Below are positions 41,000 to 57,639 of a stretch of DNA of 64,000 bases, in pieces. Numbering within the stretch: the first letter of the stretch is position 1; every line of letters starts with the position of its first letter. Below the pieces are notes generated by a model. It was not told where the DNA came from and made no database searches. It saw only the letters and a program-made list of their open reading frames with translations. The translations under genes were made by a program, and so were the position numbers. Origin of the DNA: the human T2T-CHM13v2.0 reference genome, Homo sapiens; assembly GCF_009914755.1 (NCBI RefSeq), contig NC_060947.1; one strand, 5' to 3'.

Positions 41000-42285
41000 T
41001 TATCACTATATTACATATGTTTAAGAAAGTAGAGAAAAAACTAAGCATGTTAAGTAGAGACATGGAAGATCTAAAGATCCAAATGAAATCCTAAACTTGA
41101 AAAATAAAACATTTGAGATAAAATACAATGGATAAGATTAAAATAGATTAGACACTGAGAGAAACTATTAGTGAACTTGTAACGTGGAAAGATTCCAAAA
41201 TGAAGCAGAGAGATAAAATAGTGGGAAAAATATGAAACAGCACTAGGGAGTTCTTAGATGACTTCAATAAGCCTAATATAAATGTTATTGAAGTCCTCCA
41301 ATGAGTCGAGAAAAAGAGAGCAGAAAATATATTTGAAGAAATCATGGCTAAAAATATCCAAATTTGATGAAAGCTATAAATGCACTGGTTCAGAATTTCA
41401 AACAAAATGAAACATATGACATAAAATAATCCATTAAATAAAAATAAGAAATTCATATTGATAACAATTAAGAATCTTGCTTTTAAACTGAAATATTAAT
41501 AGAATGAAAATACAGGTTACAGACTGGGAGAAAATATTTGTAAATCTCATATTTGATGCAGGACTTGTATGCAGAGTATGAAAGAAATCTCTCAGAATGA
41601 AATAGTATGAATGCAAACAACCCAATAAAATGGGTTACAGATTTGAACAAACTTTTCACCAAATAAGATATACAGGTTGTAAATAAGCACTTGAAAATAT
41701 GTTCAGCAACATTAATCATTAATGAAATGAAAGTTAAAATGACAGTGAGATAAGATTACGCTCCAACCAGTATTTATAAAGTTGAAAAGACTGACCATAT
41801 CATGCGCTGGTAAGAATATGGAGTAATATGAACCCTTAAACACTACTGGTGGCAATATAAAATGTCACAACTGCTTTCAAAAAATGTTTTACAGTTTCCT
41901 AGCAGTCACAATTAGCCTACCAATGGATGTATACATTCTACTCCCAAGTATATGTCCAAGAGAGATGAAAGCAAATGTGCATACAAATACTTGTATGAGA
42001 ATGTTCACAATGCTTTTATTAGAAATAACCAAGAACTGAAAACAATCCCAAATGTACATCAATATTAGAATGCATACATAAAGTGTGGTATATCCAGATG
42101 ATGGAGTTCTATGAAGAAATAAAAATTAATTATTGTTAGATATACAAAGGTGGGTTAATTTCAAAATAATTAGCCTTCATCAAAGAAATCAGTCAAAAAA
42201 ACTACATATGGCATGATCTTATTTATTTAAAATTCTAGAAAATGCAAACTAATCTATCATGACAGCAGATGAGATAATTGCCCTA
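41000..42285 (+). mobile_element. Ancient L1M: ORF1 fragment (~41000-41450) joined to ORF2 C-terminus/3' UTR (~41470-42285)
   Basis: 'gagcagaaaatatatttgaagaaatcatggctaaaaatatcc' (ORF1-like), then 'acagactgggagaaaatatttgtaaatc…aatgcaaactaatctat'. Confidence 0.7.
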
Positions 42286-42309
42286 AAAGTTTTCTAATGC
42301 CACTTTATG

Positions 42310-44348
42310 AATGTAGAACCTAAGAAAAAAATAACCTAAAATAAAAGGCAACAATGAGGATAACAGAAGAGATCCATGTAATAGAAAACAAACAAATAAT
42401 AGAGGAAACCAAAAGCTGGTTCTTATGAAAATTCAAATATCAATAAAATTGTTAAATATCTAGCTAAATAGTTTAAGAAATAAAGAAATAAAATACAAAT
42501 TAGCAGTATCAGGAATGGAGAGGAGAAACTCATTAGAGATTCAACCGGTTTTAAACGGATAAGAGAGTATTCCGAACAAATAAAATGTTTTTGCCAATAT
42601 ATTTGATAACTTAGATGAAATGGACAAATTACTTGAAAAAGACAAATTATAAAAACTGATTCAACAAAAAATTGAGAATCCAAATCACCCTATATCCATT
42701 ACAGAACTGAAATGTGTAATGACATACTTTCCCACAAAGAAATGGGCCTAGATGGTGGCTTCAATGGTGAATTTTATTAAACAATAAGGAAGAAACAATA
42801 TCAAATCCATACACAATCTATCAGAAACAGACGAAGAAACACATCCCTAATATTTTTTACAGGCCAGAATTAACCTTAACAAATATTTTTAAAAGACAAA
42901 AATATTATGAAAAGCAACTATATTACAAAAATAAAAATATAGGCAATTATTCTTCATGAATACAGACAAATGTTTTAAAAAAATTCCAGCAAATCAAATA
43001 TGAGAGGAAATAAAAAGTATAATGCGTTGTGTCCAAATGAAGTGCATCCTGAGAATGTATGCTGGCTTAAAATTTGAAAATGAATCAATGTAATTCATCA
43101 CAGTAACAGAAGAAAGAAACAAAACTAACATGACCATTTCAATAAATACAGAAAGAGCATTTGACAAATTTAGCATCCATTCAGTATAAAAAGTCTATAA
43201 AGACTAGAAAAGTAAATTTCTGAGCCTAAGAAAAGACATCTACAAAATTCCTATAAATAACATTGTATTTAATAAAATAAAAACTAAATGATTTTTTGTA
43301 GAAATTGGAAATCAGCCAAAATGCTAGTTTGCACTACTTATATTCATCACAGTACTGGAAATTTTAGATAGTGAAGTAAGGCAAGAATAAATAATTAATT
43401 AAAATAATGCAAATCAGAAATGATAATATAAAATCATATTTTTTAACAACATGATCATGTGTTTTGGTCCATTTTTTGCTGCTATATCAGAATACTTGAG
43501 ACTGGGTAACTTACAATGAAGAGAAATTTGTTAGCCCATAGCTCTTGGGTCTGAGAAGTCCAATATCAAGTTTCTAATATCTGGCAAGAACCTCTGGCTA
43601 TGCTTTGATATAGCCATTAGTCCATTAATAAAGTTGGGGCCCTCATGACCTAAACACCTCTTAAAGCTCTCATCTCCTAAGACTCACAATAGTAATTAAA
43701 TTTCAGCATGAGTTTGGAGGAGACAAACATATAAGCCATAGCATCATGCATGGAGAATGTAACAATGAATCTACATAAAAGCTAGTAGAATTTATAGATA
43801 AGTTTAGCAAGGTCAATGCACAAAAATAAATTATATATCTAGATAGAAAAAAGGAGCAATTAGAAAATTTGATATTAAAATAGCATTTGCCATAGCATTT
43901 AATATCAAAAAATAGTTAGAGATAAATTTTACAACATATGGGCAAAACCTCCACATGATTTTTTTTAATTGTGGAGAAAAATTAAGACTAAATGGAGAAG
44001 TATATAACATTGATAATTTGAAAGGCACTAATAATGATGCTAATTATCCCCAAATTTATTTGTGGATTCAATTCAATTCAGATTGTTTTGACAAGATGAT
44101 ACTAAAATTCATATGGAAATGCAAGTGACCTCAAATAACAGAAGCAATTTTGGAAAAGGGGAACAAATTTGGAGGACTGAACTACCGAATATAATGAATT
44201 ACCATAAATCTGCAATAATTAAGACAGTATTTATTTGGCATGAGATTATACATAAAAATCCATGGAGCAAAATAGGGAGTGCGAAAAAGAACCACACATA
44301 TCAGAATAATTGATTATATAAAGATACCAAGGCAATTTGAAAGGGAAG
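42310..44348 (+). mobile_element. Ancient L1M ORF2 body (continues at 50966-52245)
   Basis: 'gaaacc aaaagctggttc', 'gggcctagatggtggcttcaatggtgaattttat', 'cagaaagagcatttgacaaatt', 'ctaaaattcatatggaaatgcaag'. Confidence 0.75.
43460..43743 (-). mobile_element. MaLR solo LTR (MST-type, internally shortened)
   Basis: TG…CA ends; perfect 5-bp TSD tcatg (43455-43459 / 43744-43748); 'gagactgggtaac', 'aaatttcagcatgagtttggagg'. Confidence 0.85.
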
Positions 44349-45048
44349 AGTGGTAGGCAGGATTTTGGCCCTCATTATATTTGCTTCTTGGTGTTACTCC
44401 TGTGTATATTATGTCACTGGGCAAAGGGACTTTACAGATGGAATTAAGGTAATAGGCCTTAAATATGGAGATCATTCTGAGTAATCCCCATGGGCCCAGT
44501 GTAATCATATGGGTTCCTAAAAGTGGAAGAAGGCAGAAGAGCCATCGAGGTAGCCCTGTCAGAGAAAGGACAGGAGACGTTTAAAATGTGAGTAATAGTT
44601 GACCAACCATTGCTGGCAATGAGAATGAAAGCAGGGGTAGCATTTAGAAGCAAGTATAGCCCTCAGCTGACATCTGGTAAGGAAACAAGGACCTCACTCC
44701 TACATTCACAAGAAACTGAGTTCTACCAATTATTTGAGTGAACAGGGAAATGGATTCTTCCTTAGAGTCTCCAGAAAGGTATATGGCCCTGAGAACCCAC
44801 TTGAATTTAGTCTGGTAAGTTCTTTTTTTTTTTTTCTTTTATTATTATACTTTAAGTTTTAGGGTACATGTGCACATTGTGCAGGTTAGTTACATGTGTA
44901 TACACGTGCCATGCTGTTGCGCTGCACCCACTAACTCGTCATCTAGCATTAGGTATATCTCCCAATGCTATCCCTCCCCCTTTCCCCCACCTCACAACAG
45001 TCCCCAGAGTGTGATGTTCCCCTTCCTGTGTCCATGTGATCTCATTGT

Positions 45049-48887
<3,839 letters not shown>

Positions 48888-48935
48888 TTATTTTGCTCGT
48901 TAGTTGATGCAGTTTCTTCCTAGCCTCGATGGTCT

Positions 48936-49949
48936 TTACATTTTGGCATGATTTTGCAGCGGCTGGTACTGGTTGTTCCTTTCCATTTTTAGCACTTCCT
49001 TCAGGAGCTCTTTTAGGGCAGGCGTGGTGGTGACAAAATCTCTCAGCACTTGCTTGTCTGTAAAGTATTTTATTTCTCCTTCACTTATGAAGCTTAGTTT
49101 GGCTGGATATGAAATTCTGGGTTGAAAATTCTTTTCTTTAAGAATGTTGAATATTGGCCCCCACTCTCTTCTGGCTTGTAGGGTTTCTGCCGAGAGATCC
49201 ACTGTTAGTCTGATGGGCTTCCCTTTGAGGGTAACCCGACCTTTCTCTCTGGCTGCCCTTAACATTTTTTCCTTCATTTCAACTTTGGTGAATCTGACAA
49301 TTATGTGTCTTGGAGTTGCTCTTCTCGAGGAGTATCTTTGTGGCGTTCTCTGTATTTCCTGAATCTGAACGTTGGCCTGCCTTGCTAGATTGGGGAAGTT
49401 CTCCTGGATAATATCCTGCAGAGTGTTTTCCAACTTGGTTCCATTCTCCCCATCACTTTCAGGTACACCAATCAGACGTAGATTTGGTCTTTTCACATAG
49501 TCCCACATTTCTTGGAGGCTTTGCTCATTTCTTTTTATTCTTTTTTGTCTAAACTTCCCTTCTCGCTTCATTTCATTCATTTCATCTTCCATTGCTGATA
49601 CCCTTTCTTCCAGTTGATCGCATCGGCTCCTGAGGCTTCTGCATTCTTCACGTAGTTCTCGAGCCTTGGTTTTCAGCTCCATCAGCTCCTTTAAGCACTT
49701 CTCTGTATTGGTTATTCTAGTTATATATTCTTCTAAATTTTTTTGAAAGTTTTCAACTTCTTTGCCTTTGGTTTGAATGTCCTCCCGTAGCTCAGAGTAA
49801 TTTGATCGTCTGAAGCCTTCTCTCAGCTCGTCAAAGTCGTTCTCCGTCCAGCTTTGTTCCGTTGCTGGTGAGGAACTGCGTTCCTTTGGAGGAGGAGAGG
49901 TGCTCTGCTTTTTAGAGTTTCCAGTTTTTCTGTTCTGTTTTTTCCCCAT
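48936..49949 (-). CDS. L1 ORF1p RNA-binding chaperone, intact 337 aa
   Basis: MGKKQNRKTGNSK…QNHAKM; REKG, ARR and YPAKLS motifs present; one codon shorter than the 338-aa consensus (FDELRE-GFRR). Confidence 0.93.
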   Translation of the reverse strand: MGKKQNRKTGNSKKQSTSPPPKERSSSPATEQSWTENDFDELREGFRRSNYSELREDIQTKGKEVENFQKNLEEYITRITNTEKCLKELMELKTKARELREECRSLRSRCDQLEERVSAMEDEMNEMKREGKFRQKRIKRNEQSLQEMWDYVKRPNLRLIGVPESDGENGTKLENTLQDIIQENFPNLARQANVQIQEIQRTPQRYSSRRATPRHIIVRFTKVEMKEKMLRAAREKGRVTLKGKPIRLTVDLSAETLQARREWGPIFNILKEKNFQPRISYPAKLSFISEGEIKYFTDKQVLRDFVTTTPALKELLKEVLKMERNNQYQPLQNHAKM

Positions 49950-50847
49950 CTTTGTGGTTTTATCTACTTTTGGTCTTTGATGATGGTGATGTACAGATGG
50001 GTTTTTGGTGTGGATGTCCTTTCTGTTTGTTAGTTTTCCTTCTAACAGAGAGGACCCTCAGCTGCAGGTCTGTTGGAATACCCTGCCGTGTGAGGTGTCA
50101 GTGTGCCCCTGCTGGCGGGTGCCTCCCAGTTAGGCTGCTCAGGGGTCAGGGGTCAGGGACCCACTTGAGGAGGCAGTCTGCCCGTTCTCAGATCTCCAGC
50201 TGCGTGCTGGGAGAACTACTGCTCTCTTCAAAGCTGTCAGACAGGGACATTTAAGTCTGCAGAGGTTACTGCTGTCTTTTTGTTTGTCTGTGCCCTGCCC
50301 CCAGAGGTGGAGCCTACGGAGGCAGGCAGGCCTCCTTGAGCTGTGGTGGGCTCCACCCAGTTCGAGCTTCCTGGCTGCTTTGTTTACCTAAGCAAGCCTG
50401 GGCAATGGCGGGCGCCCCTCCCCCAGCCTCGCTGCCGCCTTGCAGTTTGATCTCAGACTGCTGTGCTAGCAATCAGCGAGACTCCGTGGGCGTAGGACCC
50501 TCCGAGCCAGGTGCGGGATATATTCTCCCGGTGTGCCGTTTTTTAAGCCTGTCGGAAAAGCGCAGTATTCGGGTGGGAGTGACCCGATTTTGCGGTCTGT
50601 CACCCCTTTCTTTGACTAGGAAAGGGAACTCCCTGACCCCTTGCGCTTCCCGAGTGAGGCAATGCCTCACCCTGCTTCCACACGGTGCGCGCACCCACTG
50701 ACCTGCGCCCACTGTCTGGCACTCCCTAGTGAGATGAACCCAGTACCTCAGATGGAAATGCAGAAATCACCTGTCTTCTGCGTGGCTCACGCTGGGAGCT
50801 GTAGACCTGAGCTGTTCCTATTCGGCCATCTTGGCTCCTCCCCACCC
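49950..50847 (-). promoter_or_regulatory. L1 5' UTR: CpG-rich sense promoter (YY1 site at 50823-50835) and antisense promoter firing along the + strand
   Basis: 'cggccatcttggc' is the reverse complement of the YY1 site; local GC/CpG enrichment. Confidence 0.85.
50405..50701 (+). CDS. L1 antisense ORF0, open, 98 aa
   Basis: ATG at 50405 in 'gcaatggcg'; MAGAPPPASLPPCSLISDCCASNQRDSVGVGPSEPG… matches the ORF0 N-terminus. Confidence 0.7.
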   Translation: MAGAPPPASLPPCSLISDCCASNQRDSVGVGPSEPGAGYILPVCRFLSLSEKRSIRVGVTRFCGLSPLSLTRKGNSLTPCASRVRQCLTLLPHGARTH

Positions 50848-50965
50848 TAGTCTGGTAAGTTCTATGTCATATTTCTAAACTACAGAAGAGTAAGAGAATA
50901 CATTTGCCTTGTTTTAAGTTGCTATGTGTGGGAATTTGTTACAGCATCAATAAAAAACTAATACA

Positions 50966-52245
50966 GAAAACAACTGAATTTTCAACAAACCACACTGAAA
51001 TGAGTTGATAACTTATGTAAAAAAATTAACCTTGACTTACCCCATGCCATAGACAAAAAAAAAAGATGTCAAATGTGTCAAATACCTAATGATAAAAGAC
51101 AAAACTATAATATTTATGAAAAAAAATAATATCCTGTCATGAAATGCTTCAGTAAATTCCTAAATCTTTGAAGTAGACAAAGATTTTTTAAGTAGGAGAC
51201 AAAAAGGAATTATAAAGCAAAAAAATGATAAATTGACTTTATTATTTTTTTAAAATTCAGTTTTGAAAGACATTATTAATAAAATTAAAAGACGAAATAT
51301 AGATTGGGAAAAATACTATTAGTAGAACATGTATCTAACCACGGACTTATATCCAAACCATGTAACAGATTCTTACAAAGCAAAACAAATAAATAAATAG
51401 CTTCATAAAAATTGGCAAATTGTGAACATTATCTCACAAATGAAGAGTAAAAATGCTTAATAAGCACAACAATAAATGCTCAACATTATTAATCATGAGA
51501 GAAATAAAAATTAACATCCTAATTAGAGACTACAATATACTCATTGGAAAAGCTACAGTTCACAAGACTGATAGTACTAAGGGCTAGCAAGGATGTGGAG
51601 CAACTGGATCTCTCATATACTGCTTGTGGGAATCTAACATGATACACTCCATCTAAGAGTCATCTTGACAGTTACATATGAATTTAAAATACAGTTTCTA
51701 TATGACCCATCAATTTTACTCCTAGGTATTTACCCAAGCGACACAAGAATATATGTCAATAGAAAGGCTTTTACACAAATATTCTTAGAAGCTCTATTCA
51801 TAGTAGTCAATATCTGGAGACAAACTAAATCTCCCTCAACCAGTGAACAGATATTGAAATTGTGACATATCTATACAATCGGATACTATTTATGAATAAA
51901 AAGGGATTATCTGCTGATTTGCACTACATAAATTGGATTAATATTCAAAATGTTAAGTTGAGTGAATGAGGCCATTAAGAAAAGAGTACATAATAGTATT
52001 ATTTTATTATTAATTTCTGTATTAGTTAAAATAATTTATAGGGACAGAAAGCAGAGTAGAGGTTGCCTGTATATGGCAGAAAAACTTTGGATTAAGTGTA
52101 CAAGGCCATAAAAAGTGATGTGAATGTTTCTTGTCTTTATTGAATTGGTGATTACACAGTTGTATACATTTGTCAAAACATATCAAATTGTACTTCTAAA
52201 ATAATGGATTCTATGTACAAGTTAGTACTAAATAAAGTTGACTTA
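50966..52245 (+). mobile_element. Ancient L1M 3' region (continuation of 42310-44348)
   Basis: 'gcaaggatgtggagcaactggatctctcata', 'tatgacccatcaattttactcctaggtatttaccc', terminal 'aataaagttga'. Confidence 0.75.
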
Positions 52246-52620
52246 AGATATGATTTATATAGGAAACAAACAACTAACAACAAAAGATACTTAGATGATA
52301 TTCTGAAGTTTAGCAAATTACAAATATCTAATTTTGACTTTCAAATCTGCCCAATTTGCACCAAACCCACATTTCCACACTTCTTTTCTGCCACTGATCT
52401 GCATACAACAAAAATGAATTCCAAATTTTCTATCAAACATGATTATTTTTTGTTCCGTTTGTTGTCCTGATATTTCTATCTTCCCTTTATTCCCAGATTC
52501 TGTTTTTTTGCATATTATATTCTTTGTCTTAACTCCACTTTTTCAAATATTACTCCTCAAGCTATATACTCCACTTAAATATTAACTTCCCTATGATACC
52601 TTTCTTGAATCCTCCCCTTT

Positions 52621-53168
52621 TGATGCAGGCAAACCCCAAAGTTGAGCCATAGCCTGGGAGAGTTCATGTATTTGGCTTCACCCAGGAGATAATTCAAGAG
52701 TGAGCCAACAGAGTTAAGTGAAACTAAAACAAATTTATTAGAGCAACTGAGTACAGGAAAATGGCTGTTCCATAGACAGAGCAGGGCTACCCCATAGACA
52801 GAGCAGCACTTGTGGATTGCTGGCTAGCTAAACAAGGGACAGGTTATTCATAAATATTCTAGAAAAGGGATGCGGAGTTCACAGAACCCAGGATTCCTCC
52901 CCTTTTATATAATGTAAAGTTATTTGTAGGCATTGTCATGGCATGTAAACTGTCATGGCTCTGGTAGAAGTATCTTTTAGCATGAAAATTAATTATAATT
53001 AGCATTTAATGAGCAGTGAGGGAAACTAGAAGTTGCTTTCATCAACATCTTGGTTTTACCTGGTTTTGGATGGCTTCTTTACTGCATTCTGTTTTGACCA
53101 GATCCTGTTTTGATCAGTGGGGTAGTGACCAGTGCTTGGAAAACAAGTTCTGCTGATCTTCTACCTCA
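52621..53168 (-). mobile_element. ERV1 solo LTR (MER66-like)
   Basis: 'tgatgcaggcaaacccc…tgctgatcttctacctca' with TG…CA ends and a perfect 4-bp TSD cttt (52617-52620 / 53169-53172). Confidence 0.8.
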
Positions 53169-54426
53169 CTTTCATTTGTGCTTCTATTTATTTACCCAAA
53201 ACTTCCCGTTTTGTATTAAAGAACTAAGATACATATTTTGGTATCCACCACAGCAACTTGCTCATTTTATTCCTTATAATACTCCTTATACAAATCACTG
53301 ATGCAAAAACCAATGATTGAATGAATGCATGGATATGAAGACATAAAAGGCAAAAAAATTGTGGACAGAAGTGTTCACTGTGTGAACAAAAATTTGCAAT
53401 TATATGGAATTTATCTATTGTATTTTTGTTGCAATTTGCAAGATGTGACTACAAAAATTGCCCAAGCATTTATGAACATAGGAAGTACAAATTGCTGATT
53501 GTCACAATCCAAAAGAAAAGCTTTCAAATAATGGGCAGATTCCCTGGAAAACATGGTGGCAAACTGACAACTGTCTTACTTGGAGAATTAATTGGTCCTC
53601 TAAATTTCCAAAATTTTGATCTATTTTATGATGAAATAAAGACAATTGCATGGTGGTATCATATGTAATTATATTTTGGTCATTTTCTACTTTCGAGACT
53701 CAAATATCATTACTATACATATTCTGCTCTCCTTTACCTCCAGCTCTTTACAAATATGTTACATTTGGAAGTTTTTGATATTTTATATAAGCCTTTTGCA
53801 AAGCTGAATGTTTAAATTACTTTCTTGTTGCCATTGATAAAGTATATTTTCTATTTTATTAAAAAATTAAAGGAAGACCTGTGGGGTCTAAAAAATAGAT
53901 TTCTGTGATTTCTCTTTGCTTTTGAGAATGACTTATGAAGTCCAGACGTTCATAAACTGAGATTCCATACCTTAGAGAAAATAAGCTAGAATTTATTTCA
54001 TAATTAGTGGTTTGCATTATGAAATGGTCTCTACCAAATTCACATGGTGAATTTAAGTCATATTTAACCATGCAATGTCATTCCAGATGATGAAAAATGG
54101 GTAAGAGCAAACTTCCATTTTTCATCCAGATAAAAAACCTCAAAGGAGTTTGGAATCATGTGTCTATTTTACATGGCTGAATCTAAAAATGTATCACCAT
54201 AACTGAGTTCAGTTCATTAAAGGGTATTTATTTAGAGGAACAGTATTCTTCCTGCTGTATTTTTATATGACTTGAGCTATTTATTAAAGTTATGTTTTCA
54301 CGAAATGGCACAGAATTTATCAGCATTGCAGAATTGAGGATTTTTAAAGAAAAATCTGTATTTATTATTCTAATTAGAAAAAGTACATTCTTTCTAAAAA
54401 GAAAAGAATTCTTTTTAAAAATTTTC

Positions 54427-54499
54427 TTTTTTTTATTATTATTGTACTTTAAGTTTTAGGGTACATGTGCACAATGTGCAGGTTAGTTACATATGTATA
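54427..54499 (-). mobile_element. Extremely 5'-truncated young L1 (L1PA2/3-like 3' tip)
   Basis: 'tactttaagttttagggtacatgtgcacaatgtgcaggttagttacatatgtata' plus T-rich tail; 11-bp TSD taaaaattttc (54416-54426 / 54500-54510). Confidence 0.9.
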
Positions 54500-55482
54500 T
54501 AAAAATTTTCAAACATATGTTTGATAAGTTTATGGTCATCCTGTCCTTGAATTTTCCATTGAATACCTCATGATGGTTTACTAAATATTGCAGCAGAGTA
54601 AGCATGCCTTTCACATCATCCAGAATTAATTCAGCAATAATCTGAAATAGCTGGCACAACACTCACTGTGATTACCAAAAATTTAGAGAAAACCTTCAAT
54701 AAGAGCAGGGATCATGGAACAAATTGGTGCAATTAGCAGCATGACCAGCCTAAGGGGGCAATGCATTTGAATAAAATGAATTTTCCATCCACCTTCTATT
54801 AAGTGGCCTTGTTCAAGGTCACTCTCTAAAATTAAAATGTTGGCTCGTTGTTAGCTATAAGTAGGGTTTGCTTGGGGTAATTCCAGTTTATACATGTAGC
54901 ATCACCATGAATAATTCCACCTTTCACTCTCAAAAGTGTTCCAATTTAGATAATATATTATATGGTTATCCTATCCATAGAATAGAATCACTGGCACAAT
55001 TTATGAGGTTCTTTGTAGTCTGCCCTAAGGCTATATTTCAGACACTGTCTCTTCTATTTGTACCTTATCCTTTAGATACGTGAAACTATTATTTTCTAAA
55101 AGCCTCATGCATTGCTGTACCTTTATATTACTGTACATATGGTTCTTTCTGCCTGAATTGTCTTCCTCTGCTTTTTCACAAAGTGATTTTTTATTCATTT
55201 TTAGAGGCACAAACATCGAGTCCTCTGGAATGACTTCTCTAAATCCTTTGGCATAAGATTGGAAAAGCAGTTTCAGCTTCTTTAGTTACAAATGGATTGC
55301 TAAGCCATATTTCAGTTTAGTGATAAAGTGCCTAGGGCCATTAGCAAAGGAATTATGCCACAGGCAGGGGAGTAGAGTGTGGCAGGTGAGTCTGCTACTT
55401 TACCATTCCTGCCCTTAGCAGTGTTTGATGCCTTTCACTCTGTAGTTCTGAACATTTAATTTATTTATATCCTTTATACCAC

Positions 55483-56077
55483 TGTAGTACATAGAATTCT
55501 AAGACCCTAACATTTCTACCCTCTGGTATATATATGCCCTGAATAATCCTTTTCACTTCAATGTGGACAGGGCCTGTGAATGTGTTGATGTATCACTCCT
55601 GTTATTAGGTTACCAGTCAATTGACTGTGAGTTAATCAAAAGAGAGATTATCCTGGGTGGATTGAATGAATCATATGAGCCTTTAAAAGGGACTGGTCTG
55701 TTCCTGAAGTCAGAGGTCTGAGTGTGAGTGAGAGCAGGTGTATAAAAGAGCAATGTTGCAAAGACCCTAGAGTGGCCTCTACTAGCTGAGAGTAATCCCT
55801 GGCTCACAACCTGCCAGAAAAATTGACCTTAGTACTACAACTGTCAGAGATTTTAAGTTGCCCCAAAACCTCAATGATCTTTGAATAGGATCTTTATCTC
55901 CAAATAGAAACAGAGGTCAACCCACACCTTGATTTCAACTTGGCAAAACCTTAAGCAGAGGACTCAGCGAACATGTGCTTGGACTTCTGAACTACAGAAC
56001 TGTGAGATAATAAATTGGTGTAATTATAAGTTGCTAAATTTGTAGTCATATATTATCTGAAATAGAAAACAAGTGCA
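55483..56077 (+). mobile_element. MLT1-family solo LTR (MLT1E-like)
   Basis: 'gagattatcctgggtgg', 'acaccttgatttca', 'ggacttctgaactacagaactgtgagataataaat'. Confidence 0.8.
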
Positions 56078-56154
56078 ATCATTTAGCACATTAATAAGTA
56101 TTTACTTTTATTCAGGAATTATGTAACTTTATTTAGTATTTGCTTAGTAATAAT

Positions 56155-56260
56155 TATTGTGAGTTTTTGAGCATGGGAACTATGTCTTATTATCTTTTTT
56201 ATGCTCAATCCCTATCAGAAGTTGTGTATTAAATAAATATTTGTCAAACAAATAAACAAA
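56155..56260 (+). mobile_element. L2 3'-end relic (upstream L2 pieces probable at ~55100-55250)
   Basis: 'attgtgagtttttgagcatgggaactatgtctt…aataaatatttgtcaaacaaataaacaaat'. Confidence 0.55.
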
Positions 56261-56680
56261 TGGTGCCTAGTTTCCTCTTGTTGCTTAGGGTCCCATAATA
56301 GAACTAACTACATAAGTCCAATTTCCCCAGGTAATGTCCCAAGTCCTGAATCTCTCCATCCTGCTTTTTAACCTATCCAAATTTACCTGCTGGCTGATTT
56401 TGGTTATTAGATACCAATTTTGTGCGTTTCATATTAATATCTGCTGTTCTTTCTTAATTAGAAACTGGAAAGAGAATTAAACACTAATGCCCTAAGACAT
56501 CTCTTTCATGTAATAAAACAACTTATATTCTGTGCATCTATAATGGTTCTAGTTCCTTACCAACTTTGAAAAGATTGAGAAAAAATCCACTCAAATTCTT
56601 TTTAGTCTTCTGTGTTTTAGATGAGGATAGGATCATCCTAAACGCGAATGGCTTCATGTGCCATATTTTTCAGTACCAGG

Positions 56681-57392
<712 letters not shown>

Positions 57393-57639
57393 CCAAGTTT
57401 TAAAAATTCAAGGATATATTGAAGATTCTACTACAAATGGAATTAAAATTTTGAATCATTTCAAATACCATGCAATGTTAACTGTAATTTATTTTTAAGT
57501 ATTTTCATAATTTTAAAATAAATGTACTATGTTCATTTCTAGGGCCAGAAGAAAAATTTACTCTTTTTATCCAAAAGAGCCCTTTCCACGTTGTGAGTGC
57601 TGATATTTGTACTTAAGTTCTGCACAATTATTTGCCTAT

